A stretch of DNA of 64,000 nucleotides from Octopus vulgaris. Taxonomy: Eukaryota. The stretch lies in contig OX597830.1 of NCBI GenBank assembly GCA_951406725.2, positions 28,210,001 through 28,274,000 on the forward strand, in the 5' to 3' direction. This document shows, one piece after another, positions 16,489 to 30,047 of this stretch (positions are counted from its first letter, which is position 1; every line of letters begins with the position of its first letter). The position numbers and the translations under genes are program-made. The notes under the pieces were generated by a model. The model made no database searches, was not told the DNA's origin, and saw nothing but the letters and a program-made list of their open reading frames with translations.

Positions 16489-18469
16489 GTGTGTGTCTAT
16501 ATTTATACATATGTCACTCACAGACACACACGCACACACACACACATATACGTAAAGTACTTTGCCATTGTTCCTTCCCCCTTTCTTTCTTTCTTTCTTT
16601 CTTTCCTTCCTTCTCTCTTTCTTTCTCTTCGTAATCCTCGCTCAGACTGATTTGCTCGTTTTTAACTCGACGTCCATTTGTATATTAAATTTTTACTTTT
16701 TTTTTCTTTTTCTTTTTTTGTTCTTTCTTTCTGTGTTCTTCATGTTTGACCTCGGCTTTCTTGTCTATATCATTTAGCCTGTTCATCATAATCCATATGT
16801 CTTGGACAAAATTCCTGCAGCACGCGAGACGTCGTTTATCTTCGCCGCAATCGTTCTCACTTTTCATCTAGGCTTTTTGATTTTTCCGAAATTTATTCCG
16901 TCTCAAGTCGAATGGAATGCATTTGTACATTTTTCATTCTTGATATAACGTGTGTGGGTGTGTGCTGGTGTGTGTGTATATGATTGTGTATGCGTTAGTG
17001 TGAATGTGTCTGTGTGAGTATGTTATTGTGTGCGCCTCTCTGTGCGTTTATGTTGCTTGTGTGCGTAAGCGTGTGTTGGTGAAAAATTCCAGTCCAAAGT
17101 ATTCTAGTCTGAAAGGAAACATTACCTGTATCATAGAATTTGTGCCTTTTGTTTCTTGATGCTGTTGTTGTTATTGTTGTCTTTACTGCAATTGCTGCTG
17201 CTGCTGTTGTTTTTGTTGTTTTTCGTGCTCTAGTTTGTGTAGTTGTTTTAGTTCTTGTTATCTTTGACGTTGTTTTTGTTGTTGTTGTTGTTAAATTAAG
17301 GTCGGAGCATAGGCAGAAGCGGCGAAGACTGATACAATAAATGCCTTGCTATATTTACTTATATATCGAAAAAAGGTCCCTTCTATAAAAAAAAAATATT
17401 AAGATGTCTTGTGAGGAAGATTTGAGTGCTATTTCTAGTTGTTTAACTAACCCCATTAAGGCTACTTCGAACACTCAATATCAGAAGTGTTGTTGACGGT
17501 GCTGTTGTTGTTGTTGTCATTACAGTTGAGCAGATCCACTTCATTCCTAATCGAGCGAACATATGATCTAAGCCAACGTATGTGTATACATACATACTTA
17601 CATATATACATACATACTTACATACATACATGCATGCATACATACATATATACATACACACATGCATACGTACATACTAGGCAGGCGCCGTTAGTAATTA
17701 CTCAGGGCAGGCAGTTGGTGACTCGTATATACTAAAACACACAAAAAACACGCGAAACGCAGATGCGCGACTGAGTGGAAGGTAGATTTACTTCTGCGTT
17801 TATAGCACTTAAAAAAACGGTTTTGTAGGAGTATAAGCAGCAGGTGTATTGCCGCAATACTATGCATGCTTTAAATACTGAGATTAAAAGGCCGAAAAAA
17901 TAAAATATTTTGCATTTTATGCTCAGTAATCAGTGTAACCTTCATAGTTATTCAAAGTAGGCACTGGTTACTTTGCCTACTTAGGCAGCACGTTCCTGGT
18001 ACATACATACATACATACATACATACATACATACATACATACATACATACATACATACATACATACATGCATGCATACAATCGTAACTTGAAGCGACAAG
18101 TCGCGTATTTGACGTGGGAGATTATTTATCAAAACTGCGATGAAATCTATCTCTAGCTTTGAAACTACAACTTGTTAAATAACTAATGTATTAACTGAAA
18201 GAGCTTTTATACAAGATAATAGTTATTTTCGATTGAAACCTGAATTTACCATGCTGAGAGTTACAACAAGCAACATAGCTGGAGACAACATCAACAACAC
18301 AACAAAAGAATGCCTTGTTGATGTTGAAATTCCAAATAAGAACCCTTGGATCTAGGTTTTAAGAACTGGCTCTTTCTCTATTGGCAATAAATCTGGACAT
18401 AAACCTGAATAAAGGCATACATACATACAGACATAAACATACACACATGCATACATAGATATAGTAGCA

Positions 18470-18712
18470 AAAGCACTGTTTAATCAAATCTGTTGGAAAG
18501 CTAAAAACGAGGACATAGAAACAGTAACACACAGTATGGTAGAGGCCATAACCACTCATAATAAGAAAGAATGCTGGTGGAATGTCCCAGTGAAAACCCC
18601 AATAAAATGTAAACATAATTAACCTGACATAGTGATTAAGGACATTCAAGAGAATCATAAGGCTAATGATCAGCAAATAAGAAATTTCTGCGCTGAACAC
18701 TTGAGAAATCAA
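18470..18712 (+). pseudogene. R4/Dong-like non-LTR retrotransposon remnant (Zn knuckle plus restriction-like endonuclease)
   Basis: Translates to CWKAKNEDIETVTH and KECWWNVPVKTPIKCKHN*PDIVIKD, the PD motif of RLE elements. Confidence 0.65.
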
Positions 18713-18713
18713 C

Positions 18714-18834
18714 GGCCCCGAAAGGATGAAAGGTAAAGGCGACCTCGGCGGAATTTGAACTCACAACGTAGAGGCGGGCAAAATACTGCTAAGCTTTTCA
18801 CCCGGTGTGCGAACAATTCTGCCAGCTCGCCGCC
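18714..18834 (-). mobile_element. SINE family A, 5' half
   Basis: Reverse complement GGCGGCGAGCTGGCAGAA...GTGAGTTCAAATTCCGCCGAGGTCG...TTTCATCCTTTCGGGG. Confidence 0.8.
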
Positions 18835-19228
18835 TTTTTCTGTTATTTAATAATTCTCTCACATGGTCACGTATTTGGCACGGAAAAATAGTCACCCGAT
18901 TTCGCTCACAGTGTAGTAGTTTTAAATTCTTGTGATTCAACTTCCGACTTAAACTGTATTCGAATTTTTAGAAAGTAGAATGAAATCAAATTTAATTATT
19001 CTTAGAGAAAGTAATAAGTGGAAAGTATTTTCCTGTCATTACGTACGCTGGTTTGGGTGGGTAAAAGAAGTTTAATCCTTTGCTGAAGTAAATTTAACAC
19101 AGAGAACAACCATATCGGGTGATGCGACTTTTTCAGGTGTCGATGATATTGTGTAAAATAAGTAATTTAATAGTGGTCACTATAATTACACACGCCCACA
19201 TATACACAGAGACACATACATATATATT

Positions 19229-19287
<59 letters not shown>

Positions 19288-20472
19288 GTGTGTGTGTGTT
19301 ACGTTATAGACTAACTCAAGAAATCCTTTAACCAGTAAAGTCTCCAAAAACTGACACTAATAAACTAAACCCTCGAAGTAGATCGAATTAGATATTTGAC
19401 CCTTATGACTCCATCGCCATATGAAGTAAATCGCAATAGATATGATTAGACTATACATTGACCTTTAGCAGATTGCAACATCCTGTACAGCTAAACTGGC
19501 AATCGGGATGATATCCAACTGCTGAAGAAAATAAACTACCCGGAAGATCGAAATAAAATCCGATCACTTGCGTAATATGAAGCGCGCAAACAACTACAAT
19601 CACAAAATAATGATAATAAATAAGAATTTTAAATGAGCGGAGATCATCAGCTGCATGATTGGAAATCGTTAAGGTTTCAATACCAAGCAGAACACGCCGT
19701 CGAATGTTGTCAAAATGTATTTAAAATCTCTTGAGAAATTATTAGAAATATCAAGACTATACTTGAAGTAGAAGGGATTCCCCACAACACATATGTAGAT
19801 TTCTAAACCACAAACTACAGAAACAGAGCAGAATATGGTTGCTACTTAAATGTCATTACACTGAATGAATATGAATTAAACACTCGTAAAAATATTGCTT
19901 ATTAACAATTCCATTAACGTCTATTAAACAGATTTAAATAAAACGAAAAGCAAATACTATACCAATATTAATTAAACATTAAATTAGTTCATATTACGAT
20001 CAACATAACTGAAATTCTACTGAACACAATAACACCAACGGTTGACCACTATCTTAATAGCTCATCTGAAAAGACGAAGCGTAGCCATGAAGGTAATATA
20101 TGCTGTAATTAGAATGAATGTTAGATAAACAAAGAGTATTAACCTCACCGAACATAAAGGTACTTCCTCTTCCAACATATGTTCTTGGCCTAACAGTCAG
20201 TCTATAAACATTATGTCAGACAGGAATTGATGAGATATACTAAATGTTAACTCGTAAGTTCAAAATTAACCCATTTTTGTTCCAATATTTTATGTTTATA
20301 CTTAATAAAAAAAGATTTGTTAATTAGTTGATCTTAATAATCCTGCGCACTATTATTTTGTCATCACTTACTCCATTTTCTCTGTACACAAATCAAAGAA
20401 TTAATTACATGACTATCTAATAACCTGGTCGTAAAACTCTTTTCTTATTATTTTTCGTGCTCGATAAAGATA

Positions 20473-21600
20473 CGAGGTGCATTCCAGACGTTTTGAGATA
20501 TATATTTTATGAGAAACATCTTTTAACGTACAAAGAACTCCAATATACCTCAAAGCAGGACCCTCTGACTTCAATGCACTTGTTATGGTGCTCCAACCAC
20601 TTCGTGAAACCCCACTGGAACTCCTCCAATATGAAGTTGTCCACAACAATTGCTACTGCCTCCTAAACCTTCTCTGTGTCTTCAAAACGGCTGTCCCTTA
20701 GGTTTCTTCCTTTAGCTTGGGAAACAATCAAAACTCACAGGGAAGAAGGCCGGGATGATAGGGAGGTTGACAGACAGTTTCGATGACCATTTCAAGTACC
20801 TGGTCAACAGGATGAAAATCTGCCCTGGTGAATTGTCCTGGTGTAAGTGCCACCAACTTGTGTGGAAGATCTCATGTGTTTTGCGATAAAATATCTTCCT
20901 GAATTCTCTCAAAACGTCCACAAATTGTCGACCGTATGACCAGTGGGACCCCAGAGGATGTTGATGAGGCCCTTGCTATCAACAAAGGGGGAATGATAGT
21001 CAAGAATTTCTCAATAGAGTTACTTAACCTAGACTTCTTAGTTCTAGTAGAACCAGAATGCTTCCATAGGGTTTCCAAAAAGGGGGATTGATAGTCAAGA
21101 ATTTCTCTGTGGAGTTACTTTACCGAGACTTCTTAGTTCTAGGAGAACCAGAATGCTCTCTTAGAACAAAGAAGTCTTGGTATCTGGCTCATAAAAGTGG
21201 ATGCAGCTTTCACCCAGAAACACAAATATTCTATGATTGGAAGTAACAATCTCCATCTCTCTGCCGTAATCTACACGCCTTCCTTTCTTTTCGTCACTTT
21301 GCACCTTGAGTTAAAAAACGTTCAGATTTTCATAAGCAATTCTGTATACAGTTGCCACACCAACTCCAAAACTATGCTTACGTCTTTATAGACACACGAA
21401 TTTTATCAACCAGCTCTGACGTTCTAACTTACCTCTCTCTCTCTCTCCGAATCATTACTCACCACCACTTCGTGTCGCGAAGAACAAATTCACGGCTTAT
21501 ACAAGTTAATTCTTAAGTAGCCTGGAATATTTCATATGCTTTTGTTGCATTTTCGCTCAGTTTAGCACAAAATTTATAGCATTGCAAGCTGCGAAATTGT
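20473..21600 (-). pseudogene. Decayed mariner (D,D34D) transposon
   Basis: TA|CGAGGTGCATTCC TIR at 20471; minus-strand remnants FCAKL..NAT, CIHFYEPDTK, WWHLHQDNSP, PPYHPGLLPCEF, LFPKLK, KWLEHHNKCIEVRGSCFE. Frameshifts, an internal ~95-bp duplication, right TIR not found. Confidence 0.85.
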
Positions 21601-21993
21601 ATTCACATCCCGACTGTCTTCTCAAAAGTAGTCAGTTGTGAAAAGCAGTGCTTTGTAGAGTGCTGTTACATTCGGCTCCTTCAATCTGCAATAGACGCAA
21701 ATTGTTGGCAAATTAGCTTATTACATGTACTTTAATGATATTCTATAATTGACAATCTAGGACAGTCATAATTGCTTCTTTTATTAGTATCCTAAAAATT
21801 CTGAAATGTATCTGGTAGTCTTGTTGCCTCTAGAAAATTAAAACTGTTAGTCTTATTATAAACTGTACTTACAATGTTATTATTGCAGCTTACTTTAGTA
21901 ACCTCGAAATAATCGAACTAATTACAACAGGTAAAAGATTTGTCTTGGCTTTCAAATCGCTGGATCAATAACAGTTGGAAACAAAAATATTCA

Positions 21994-22204
21994 TTTCTAC
22001 TCAGAGCACAAGACCCGAAATTTTGGGGGAGGGGACCAGTCGATTAGATCGACCCAAGTACCCAACTGGTGCTTAACTTATCGAACCCAAAAAGGATGAA
22101 AAGCAAAGCCGAACTCAGCGGAATTTGAACTCAGAACGTAAAGACTGATGAAATAGAGCTGAGCATTTCGCTCGGAATGCTTAACGTTTCTGCTAACTCG
22201 ACGC
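21994..22204 (-). mobile_element. SINE family A, near full length
   Basis: tRNA-like head with B box GAGTTCAAATTCC, then core GCTTTTCATCCTTTT..GGTTCGATAAG, then the 3' tail. Confidence 0.8.
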
Positions 22205-22431
22205 ACAACTACATCATTCACCAAGCTGTAAACTATTCGAACTTTTGGTATAAATTATTAAGATGTGTGTCTGTATGTGTGTATGTATACATGCATATGT
22301 GTACAAACACACACAGAAACACGCACACACATATATATGTATTAAAAAGTAGTTAAATATACGGCCGATCATAAAGTAACCAATGATTACGCATCCATAA
22401 GGCGCTTAGGTTTATAGGCAACTCGTCATAC

Positions 22432-22462
<31 letters not shown>

Positions 22463-22487
22463 CTTTATTTTAAGCAGCAGAAAATTC

Positions 22488-22541
22488 AACAAAATCTGTT
22501 ACTCTGAGTTTCTCGTTGCCGTTCATCAGACAGTTTTTGCT
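22488..22541 (-). ncRNA. Minimal type I hammerhead ribozyme
   Basis: Reverse complement of 23591-23644. Confidence 0.8.
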
Positions 22542-23590
22542 AAAATGGAACCGATATATCAATTCAGTCTAGACTCTTACAAACGCTACACCTTTAAAAA
22601 GAAATGGACTTGTTTGATTGGCCCTTTAGAAAAAACGGTCAATCTTCGAGCGATAAACAAAAAGGTCAAAAATATATGTATATATATATAGAAAAAACTT
22701 ATAAAAAATTATAAAATCCGAGGAAAAAAACCTTACATTGAATAAAATACATATTGACGTTAATGAAGAAAGTATAAATTAATTCATAGGAATTAAACCT
22801 GTTATAAATATTACACTGCAATACATATTTTTATTAAAATGTGCATATATATATCAACATACACAAAAGGATGCGCGCCAACGCCATACATATACAGACC
22901 TATGAATATAAATCTAAATATACACATAAATGCATGTGTACATATATTCACGCAAACCATCTCGCACGCAAGTTAAAAATCATGTATGTAGCGATTCTCA
23001 TATACTGAGTAAGGGGGAGGACGAAAGAAAGGAAGAGAGAGAAAAAGGAACGAAGGAGGGGTGGGGAAAAAAACGAATTAAGAAAAAATTATGTATACAA
23101 TCTATGTAACGGCATTATTGGCATATATGGAGACAAGTATACAAACAAGTTCGAATGGATACATACACATACAGTCGTGTATATGTGTGCTTAAGCACAA
23201 ATATACTCTCACTTACACATACACAGATACGCATGCTTACAAATACATATCCTCGACTATACACATACTTACATCAACATTCTAATTTTGAAAACATTGC
23301 TTTTTTAAAAAAAATATTGCTTTTTTTTTAAAGAATGGGTGCATTAATAAAAATATATACGAAAGACATATAAAATAAAATATAACACCCTATTTTGGAT
23401 CATTTATAAATAATCAAGGTAATATAAATAATCAAGGTAATATAAATAATCAAGGTAATCCTATACAATACAATAACCTGAAAACAGGTTGACCGTTTTT
23501 TTCTAAAGGGCCAATCAAACAAGTCCATTTCTTTTTAAAGGTGTAGCGTTTGTAAGAGTCTAGATTGAATTGATATATCGGTTCCATTCT

Positions 23591-23644
23591 AGCAAAAACT
23601 GTCTGATGAACGGCAACGAGAAACTCAGAGTAACAGATTTTGTT
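23591..23644 (+). ncRNA. Minimal type I hammerhead ribozyme
   Basis: Stem I CTGT/ACAG (extended by AGCAAAA/TTTTGTT), CTGATGA at 23603-23609, short stem II CG-GCAA-CG, GAAA, near-palindromic stem III ACTC-A-GAGT, predicted GUA cleavage after 23632. Confidence 0.8.
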
Positions 23645-23738
23645 GAATTTTCTGCTGCTTAAAATAAAGCATATTACTCTACCACTGGTATTTGAGTACT
23701 CTTTTTTCCACCTTGTTTCACATTTATGTGTTTACTCC

Positions 23739-23806
<68 letters not shown>

Positions 23807-23842
23807 CTTATTCTAGTACCTATTCTACCGGTGTCTTTGTCA

Positions 23843-23976
23843 GGGCAAAAGAGACCGATATAATAAGTACTAAGGTTACAAAGAATAAGTCCTGGGGGCA
23901 ATTTGTTCGACTAAAGGCGGTGTCCCAGCATGGCTGCAGTCAAATTACTGAAATAAGTAAAAGAATAAACGAGTAA

Positions 23977-23978
<2 letters not shown>
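23843..23978 (+). mobile_element. SINE family B, 3' part
   Basis: GGCAAAAGAGACCGATA...CGACTAAAGGCGGTGTCCCAGCATGGCTGCAGTCAAATTACTGAAATAAGTAAAAG; homologous to 575-778. Confidence 0.7.
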
Positions 23979-24027
<49 letters not shown>

Positions 24028-25038
24028 GGTGTTTATACCCTACTTTTCTACTTTTCTTAAATTACTATACATATATATCGGTGGCGGCATGAGTCATGTA
24101 CGAGATTGGTTGATCTGGTGCATCCATGATGCTTATACTTGACACGTATCAGAAGGCCAAGTCGGGAAGAGAAAATGAAACAGTCTCGGGTATTGGTCTT
24201 CTGTCTTTCTTCTCTCATCAAAAGTGGAACAGCTGAAATGAATTGCTCTTTGCCGGGAAGGACAGTCAGCATCTTCTGTTTCCCAGGTGTTAAGACTGAT
24301 GATCCCCTGAAGGAAGGCGGTCTTCAGTTAGTCTTTGATTCTGTATTTGAATCTGTGCAGCCAAGGTCAGGCTGGAGTGAATTGTAGTGGAATTAGCCTG
24401 TCCTGAAATCCTTCCGGCTGTCAGCTTCCGGCTTTTTTAATCAACCGAATCGTCATTTTCGAATGTGCATTTTTATTTTTAAGATGGCATAGTATAAACA
24501 CTGGCACATTCTTACATACACATGCAAATACACATGTGTTATAAAACACCTTATGCAGAGAGAGAACCAATGAAAGAGAGAGAAAGAGAGAGAGAGGGGG
24601 GAGAGAGAAAAAGAGACGGGGTAAAGAGAGAAATAGAGAGAGGATAAGATTAGGAATCAATAACAGAAGGAAAGCAAATTCAACATAATATTGAGAGAAA
24701 CTGAAAATTAGGACGTAAAAACTTGCTGATGTAAATATGCATATATGCATTTGTGTGCATGTGTATGTTTGTGACCATTAACCCTGCTACTTTCGTTCTC
24801 TATCTTCTATTTCTTCTCTGCACAGACACAAATTTGCACCAATTATAACAACCGGAAGTGAGCCGCTTACTCCCGGAAACAAACAGATATAGCATGCGTT
24901 CCTATAATATAGAGAAGCATATCGATTCCAGATATTACATAATTTTAGTATGGCGAATTTTGCGATCCCCTACATTAAAGCTGTACAAAGGTTCTTGTGA
25001 CTTTGACTCATGGCATGTCTGCTAGTTTATATAATCTC

Positions 25039-25069
<31 letters not shown>

Positions 25070-25384
25070 CATACATACATACGCCCGTACATACATACAT
25101 GCATATATATATATGTATAATTGAGCGTGTATATAAACTTTTTATTATTTCTGTAATAAGAAATGCATTACGTTTTCATTGCAAAGTTGGTTTCATAAAT
25201 GGAACACAGTCTTCAATTTACTGTTTCTAGTATTTTCCCAATTTGTCTTTGTTTCGGTTAGCCTAACTTAACACATTCCCATTAGGAATTCCTTTAGATA
25301 AAATCCTGATTCTTACGTAATTTTATATTTGATTTTTTCTAGTATTTTTAATTTCTAATATTCTATATCAAAGAAACTTGCTGA

Positions 25385-25770
25385 GCGGTGAGACTTCATG
25401 CCGGGAGAAATGCTTTGCGGTATTTCGCCTGCCGCTACGTTCTGAGTTCAAATTCCGCCGAGGTCGACTTTGCTTTTCATCCTTTCGGGGTCGATTAAAT
25501 AAGTACCAGTTACGCACTGGTGTCGATATAATCGACTTAATACCTTTGTCTGTCATTGTTTGTCCTCTCTGTGTTTAGCCCCTTGTGGGTAGTAAAGAAA
25601 TAGGTATTTCGTCACTGTTTATGTTCTGAGTTTAAATTTCCATCGAGGCTGGTTTTATATTTTATCCTTTCGGCGTCGATAAAATAAGCACCAGTTGAAT
25701 ACTGGGGTTGTTATAATCGACATAGCCCCTTCCCCGAAATTTCTGGCCATGTACCAAAATATGAAACCAA
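25385..25770 (+). mobile_element. SINE family A, dimeric copy
   Basis: GGTATTTCG...GTTCTGAGTTCAAATTCCGCCGAGGTCGACTTTGCTTTTCATCCTTTCGGGGTCGA followed by a second, more diverged unit. Confidence 0.85.
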
Positions 25771-26980
25771 TATTTTGTATCAAAAATATTTCTGTGATTT
25801 TGTGAAACTGATAATTCAACGTTCCACATAATATTAGTAGGAAACATAAAATTCTGCTTCTATTTTATTATTTTTTTATATTGCTTGCATTTATATCCGT
25901 GTCTTATATCGCATTCATAACTTATGTTTAGATACCATCATCGGTTTCGACAAAATAATCCACTTCAAACGATATAATCGAGCCAATTTTTACTCAAGTT
26001 CATAATAATGAGTTAACTGTCTCAGTTTAGGGCCCAGCAGTATGCTTCATATTTTCGGAAATACTTGTACGATTCACGGAATTTACCATCTAATAAAAAA
26101 TATTCGGACTTAAATGAAATACGACCATTGCATATCCTGAAGAGTAGTGTCTTACTGCTTGAGTTCGTAAACTCAACTTTCTATATTTGGACATATCAAC
26201 ATAATCAAAAGCAATTCTACCTTGGTTTCAGTTGCAAATAAATGTGAAATTTAAGTCTTTCTCTATAACTTGATCAATGTATGCCAATGAACTTTTCTTT
26301 AGTAACACTGTCCATCGATTGTTTCAAGAGTCTCTGTGGATACGGTGGATTAACGACGTTTATATTTGTGATTGCTATTGAAGAATTGTCAACATTATTA
26401 GGTATGATATGCAAGAAATAAATGTAAATATGTTCACTCGTCGGTAGCATAAGAGACTGCTTACGCGTCCATATATGAATACTAACATGTATACACATGA
26501 ATATTTCAGTGTAAGACTAGTAAAATATCAATAGTATGTGCCTATGTATTAATTATAAACACTTATATAATCTAAATATTTAGCTTTGTGCTTGTGCAAA
26601 TATACGAATAGCTAAGAATATGTACGGGTATTCATGTATATATGCATGCATAGATATATTCAGCTATCTTTTAAATGTGTGCGTAAATAAATATATAATT
26701 TTATATTTGTGTGGATAAGCTATCGATGATTACTGCGGTGACGAGTTGTATATGAGAAACAGATTGAAAATTGTCAGCAAAAATCGAATCTCCAACGTGT
26801 GTATACGGGGTCTACCAACGACAATTTAGACTTCATATAATTAAAGGATGCTTGGCCTGAAGAAAAGCTTACGTCTATCACTCGTTTGGATAATTTACTG
26901 CTTCAGAGGTTCGGCTACCTTTGAATCATATGTAACCTGGATTTTAGCTACTCGATTCCCTGAATTTTGAAAACACTGCT

Positions 26981-27290
26981 GAGACCCCATGATTGACCAT
27001 GGGGTTGCACCTAGAAAGTTACGCTCCCTTGCACAAGTCCGGGCAAAGTTGTTTATGGAAGACCAGCAGTGGCCCATGCATACCTGTCTTCCCTCTCCAT
27101 GCCACCAGTATTACCCAATGGAAAGGCAAAGGCCGATACAGCTTGGCACCTGTGACGTCGCAACTCATTTCTACAGCTGAGTGAACTGGAGCAACGTGAA
27201 ATAAAATGTCTTGCTCAAGAACACAACACGCACCCCGGTCAAACTCACAACATCGCGATCGTAAGCTCGACGCTCTAACCACTGAGCCAT
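26981..27290 (-). mobile_element. tRNA-derived SINE family D (CORE-like centre)
   Basis: Reverse complement starts ATGGCTCAGTGGTTAGAGCG; central GTGTTCTTGAGCAAGACA...CTCAGCTGTAGAAATGAG; homologous to 34741-35036. Confidence 0.85.
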
Positions 27291-28107
27291 CACTTTGAAT
27301 ACAATATAAATAATATATATACACATGTGTGTTAGTAATTCCTTGTGTCTAAAGGAAGGAAAATTCGCAACCCAGATAACGGACTGAATGCCATAATAAG
27401 AAAGTGGACAACATTTATGTAAATTTCTGTTGACAATTTTCAATCTGTCTGTTTCTCATGTAGCTAAATCATGAGGAACTTTCAGAAAAAAAAATAGGAA
27501 AGAAAAAAAGATAGAATAAATGAAGGGGAGAAAGTAAGAAGAAGCAAAGGTAGAATAGGTAGAGTAAATAGAGATAGATAGGTAGATGAAACTATTAATA
27601 ATAGGAAAAAATACTATATTGTAATTATGGAGAGAAACAAACACAACCATTAGTATATTTAATCAACTTATTTAGTTATAGAAATGGACAGTACCTGATA
27701 ATTCAAAAGTAAGCGGCAGTGGTAGAGATAGAAAGTGTCTATCATAGTTCAATTCCAAATTTTAGACAGGCATATAGATGTGTGAAACTATAAATAAATT
27801 AAGGTTTAGGAGAAAACCTAAATAATTTATTGTTGTACATGTTAGAGGAATTGATGGGTGGTTTAGACAATTAATCATAGAAGCTTAATAAAGAAAGGGT
27901 TATCTGATAGAATTTTACTGAGGGACATAAAAAATAGTTTAGATCTAATTAATATTTGCAAATCAGATTGATTTGGCAGTTAGACGGTTGCCTGGTGCAA
28001 AAGCATGCAAAAATTAAATGTGACGGAATAAATAAAGTGAATTTAATAGATGAGGGAACATATAAATAGCTTTTATTACGTGGAGAATATTTATACTGCA
28101 TCTACAA

Positions 28108-28177
<70 letters not shown>

Positions 28178-28206
28178 GCATGTGTGCATATATATATATA
28201 TATATG

Positions 28207-28261
<55 letters not shown>

Positions 28262-28281
28262 GCATACATACACACACATAC

Positions 28282-28319
<38 letters not shown>

Positions 28320-28690
28320 CGTCATATTTACTGCGGTGATATTTTGACCATATCGCACGAAGTGTTATAGGCGGGCAATTTAAACTGGTCGTGTGCATAC
28401 GTGCATAGACATGTATGTATACGTTCGTATATGTAAGTATTCGTATGTTATATGTATATATATGTTTGTATTTGTGTTACTATCTCTGTATATTCCACTG
28501 ATCAGGCAGACCATTTCTTACGCAGAGTCAGAAATCTGGGATCTGGAATTACACAGCATTATTTTTGCTATTTTATTTTGTCTCTTTGTCTTCTCTCCTA
28601 GTGCTGTATGAACATTTAATGTGCTTATAGAGTCAAGTTTTGGCTGCTATTTCCAGCGTGGTGATATCGATTGGATACTCTAAATTATAA

Positions 28691-28733
<43 letters not shown>

Positions 28734-29099
28734 TAATCCAAACAAGAAAACACAAAAAAAACACAACAACGCGATGACGTGGAACAAATATAGTATTATT
28801 GGATGCTCAGGAAAGAAGGAAAGAAGGACGGTTCAACGATTCGGGCGGAGCTCTTCGTCGGAAACATAGGAGAAGGAAATATCCAGTGAAGGGAAGAGAG
28901 AGGAAAAAATCGCCAACGGTACACACGAGGTCATATATATATGCATATATATACATTTATACATATTTATACATTTGTGTGTATGTGTGTATTATGTTTT
29001 TATGTATATTCCTTTCTAGTTTTAATTATTTGAAGTTTTCTTCTAAGGAAGGTGTGGTCCCACATTATAATGCAAAGCCCCGTCGTGAAATGTTGATTA

Positions 29100-29410
29100 C
29101 AGAAACAAATTCACATTTTGAACTTGCATATTTTTACAAATCCGCTGGATGATTTCTTTTCCTGCAGAGCTTGGCTTTCCTGGATTCTAACTTAGACATT
29201 TATTAACCAAATTAAATGCACCAACTGTTATTGGTATGAATGTAAATTCATAGCCTGTCTGTAGAAGCATGAAGTTTCCATGCAGTTGTCCGTAATTAAC
29301 CCCTTTATCATTGATTTTCAAGACATTTTTGCATCAGCTGGGCAGTCTCTATGACGGTAAAAACCTTTTCTTTCCCAAACAAAGATATCGGGGCTGTTAG
29401 ATGTATATTT
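29100..29410 (-). pseudogene. R4/Dong-like restriction-like endonuclease remnant
   Basis: Minus strand NSPDIFVWERK..TVIE.CPAD..LKINDKGVNYGQLHGNFMLLQTGYEFTFIPITVGAF (PD..E..K and IP..VGA motifs). Confidence 0.7.
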
Positions 29411-29515
29411 ATGTAGGAGTTAGTACTGAAGATTTCCTGGTTTTAAGGGTATCACAAAAGGCCTGAATGGATTTTTTCCTCCGTCTTCCCTTCCTTGGAT
29501 TTTTCCTTTTCCTCT

Positions 29516-29550
29516 GATTCTGACGAAGAGCTCCGCTCGAAACGTTAAAT
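29516..29550 (+). ncRNA. Minimal type I hammerhead ribozyme (stem I weakened)
   Basis: CTGACGA-A-GAGC-TCC-GCTC-GAAAC-GTT with loopless palindromic ACGT stem III. The left-arm copy (~28833-28866, minus) is mutated (CCGACGA, GAAT). Confidence 0.7.
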
Positions 29551-29664
29551 TCTCCTTCTTTCTTTCCTTTCCTGAGCGTCCAATAACACTATGCTTGTTC
29601 CACGTCGTCGCGTTGTTGTGTTTTCTCTTTGTGTTTTCATGTTTGGATTAACTTTATATATATA

Positions 29665-30047
29665 CTAGCAGTATCACCCGGCGTTGCTCGGGTTTGTAAG
29701 GGAAATAACTATATAAGCATTTTTAGAGAGTTATAGCCAAAAATTGGCAAAAAAATGGGAGAAAAATGATGGTAATTTTTTTTTTAAATCGTTGACTCAT
29801 CGTAGACATTTTTAGAGAGTTACTTCCCTTATATAATAGCGAAAAAATGCATTAAAATGGAAAAAAATGATGGTAATTTTTTTTAAATCGTAGACTCATC
29901 GTAGACGCGCGCTAATACCCAGAAGGGCTTGATATGAATCACGACTATAAGATACCCGGTTTTGGTTTAAACTGAACCGCAAAATGTGGGAGTAGTTAGG
30001 AATCTAAATCGTAGGAGACATACACACAACCTCTCTTTTATATATAA

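Larger units (their letters stand above)
22463..23740. mobile_element. Non-autonomous PLE-like element with ~183-bp inverted HHR-bearing terminal repeats
   Basis: 22463-22645 is the reverse complement of 23486-23669 with only ~3-4 differences; (TA)n on both flanks; non-coding interior containing an 18-bp x3 repeat at 23405-23458. Confidence 0.85.
28729..29655. mobile_element. Inverted pair of HHR-bearing PLE-like terminal repeats enclosing an R4-like fragment
   Basis: Arms 28729-28911 and 29470-29655 are diverged inverted copies with identical termini AAAGTTAATCCAAAC / GTTTGGATTAACTTT; TA flanks. Confidence 0.8.

Noticed and set aside
17680-18000. ~320-bp non-repetitive insert within (TACA)n, possible MITE
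   Set aside because: The termini match only weakly as inverted repeats and there is a single copy in the window.
24292-24335. CTGATGA within a hairpin
   Set aside because: No GAAA box or stem III.
24851-24860. ACCGGAAGTG ETS consensus
   Set aside because: Isolated motif with no associated gene or promoter evidence.
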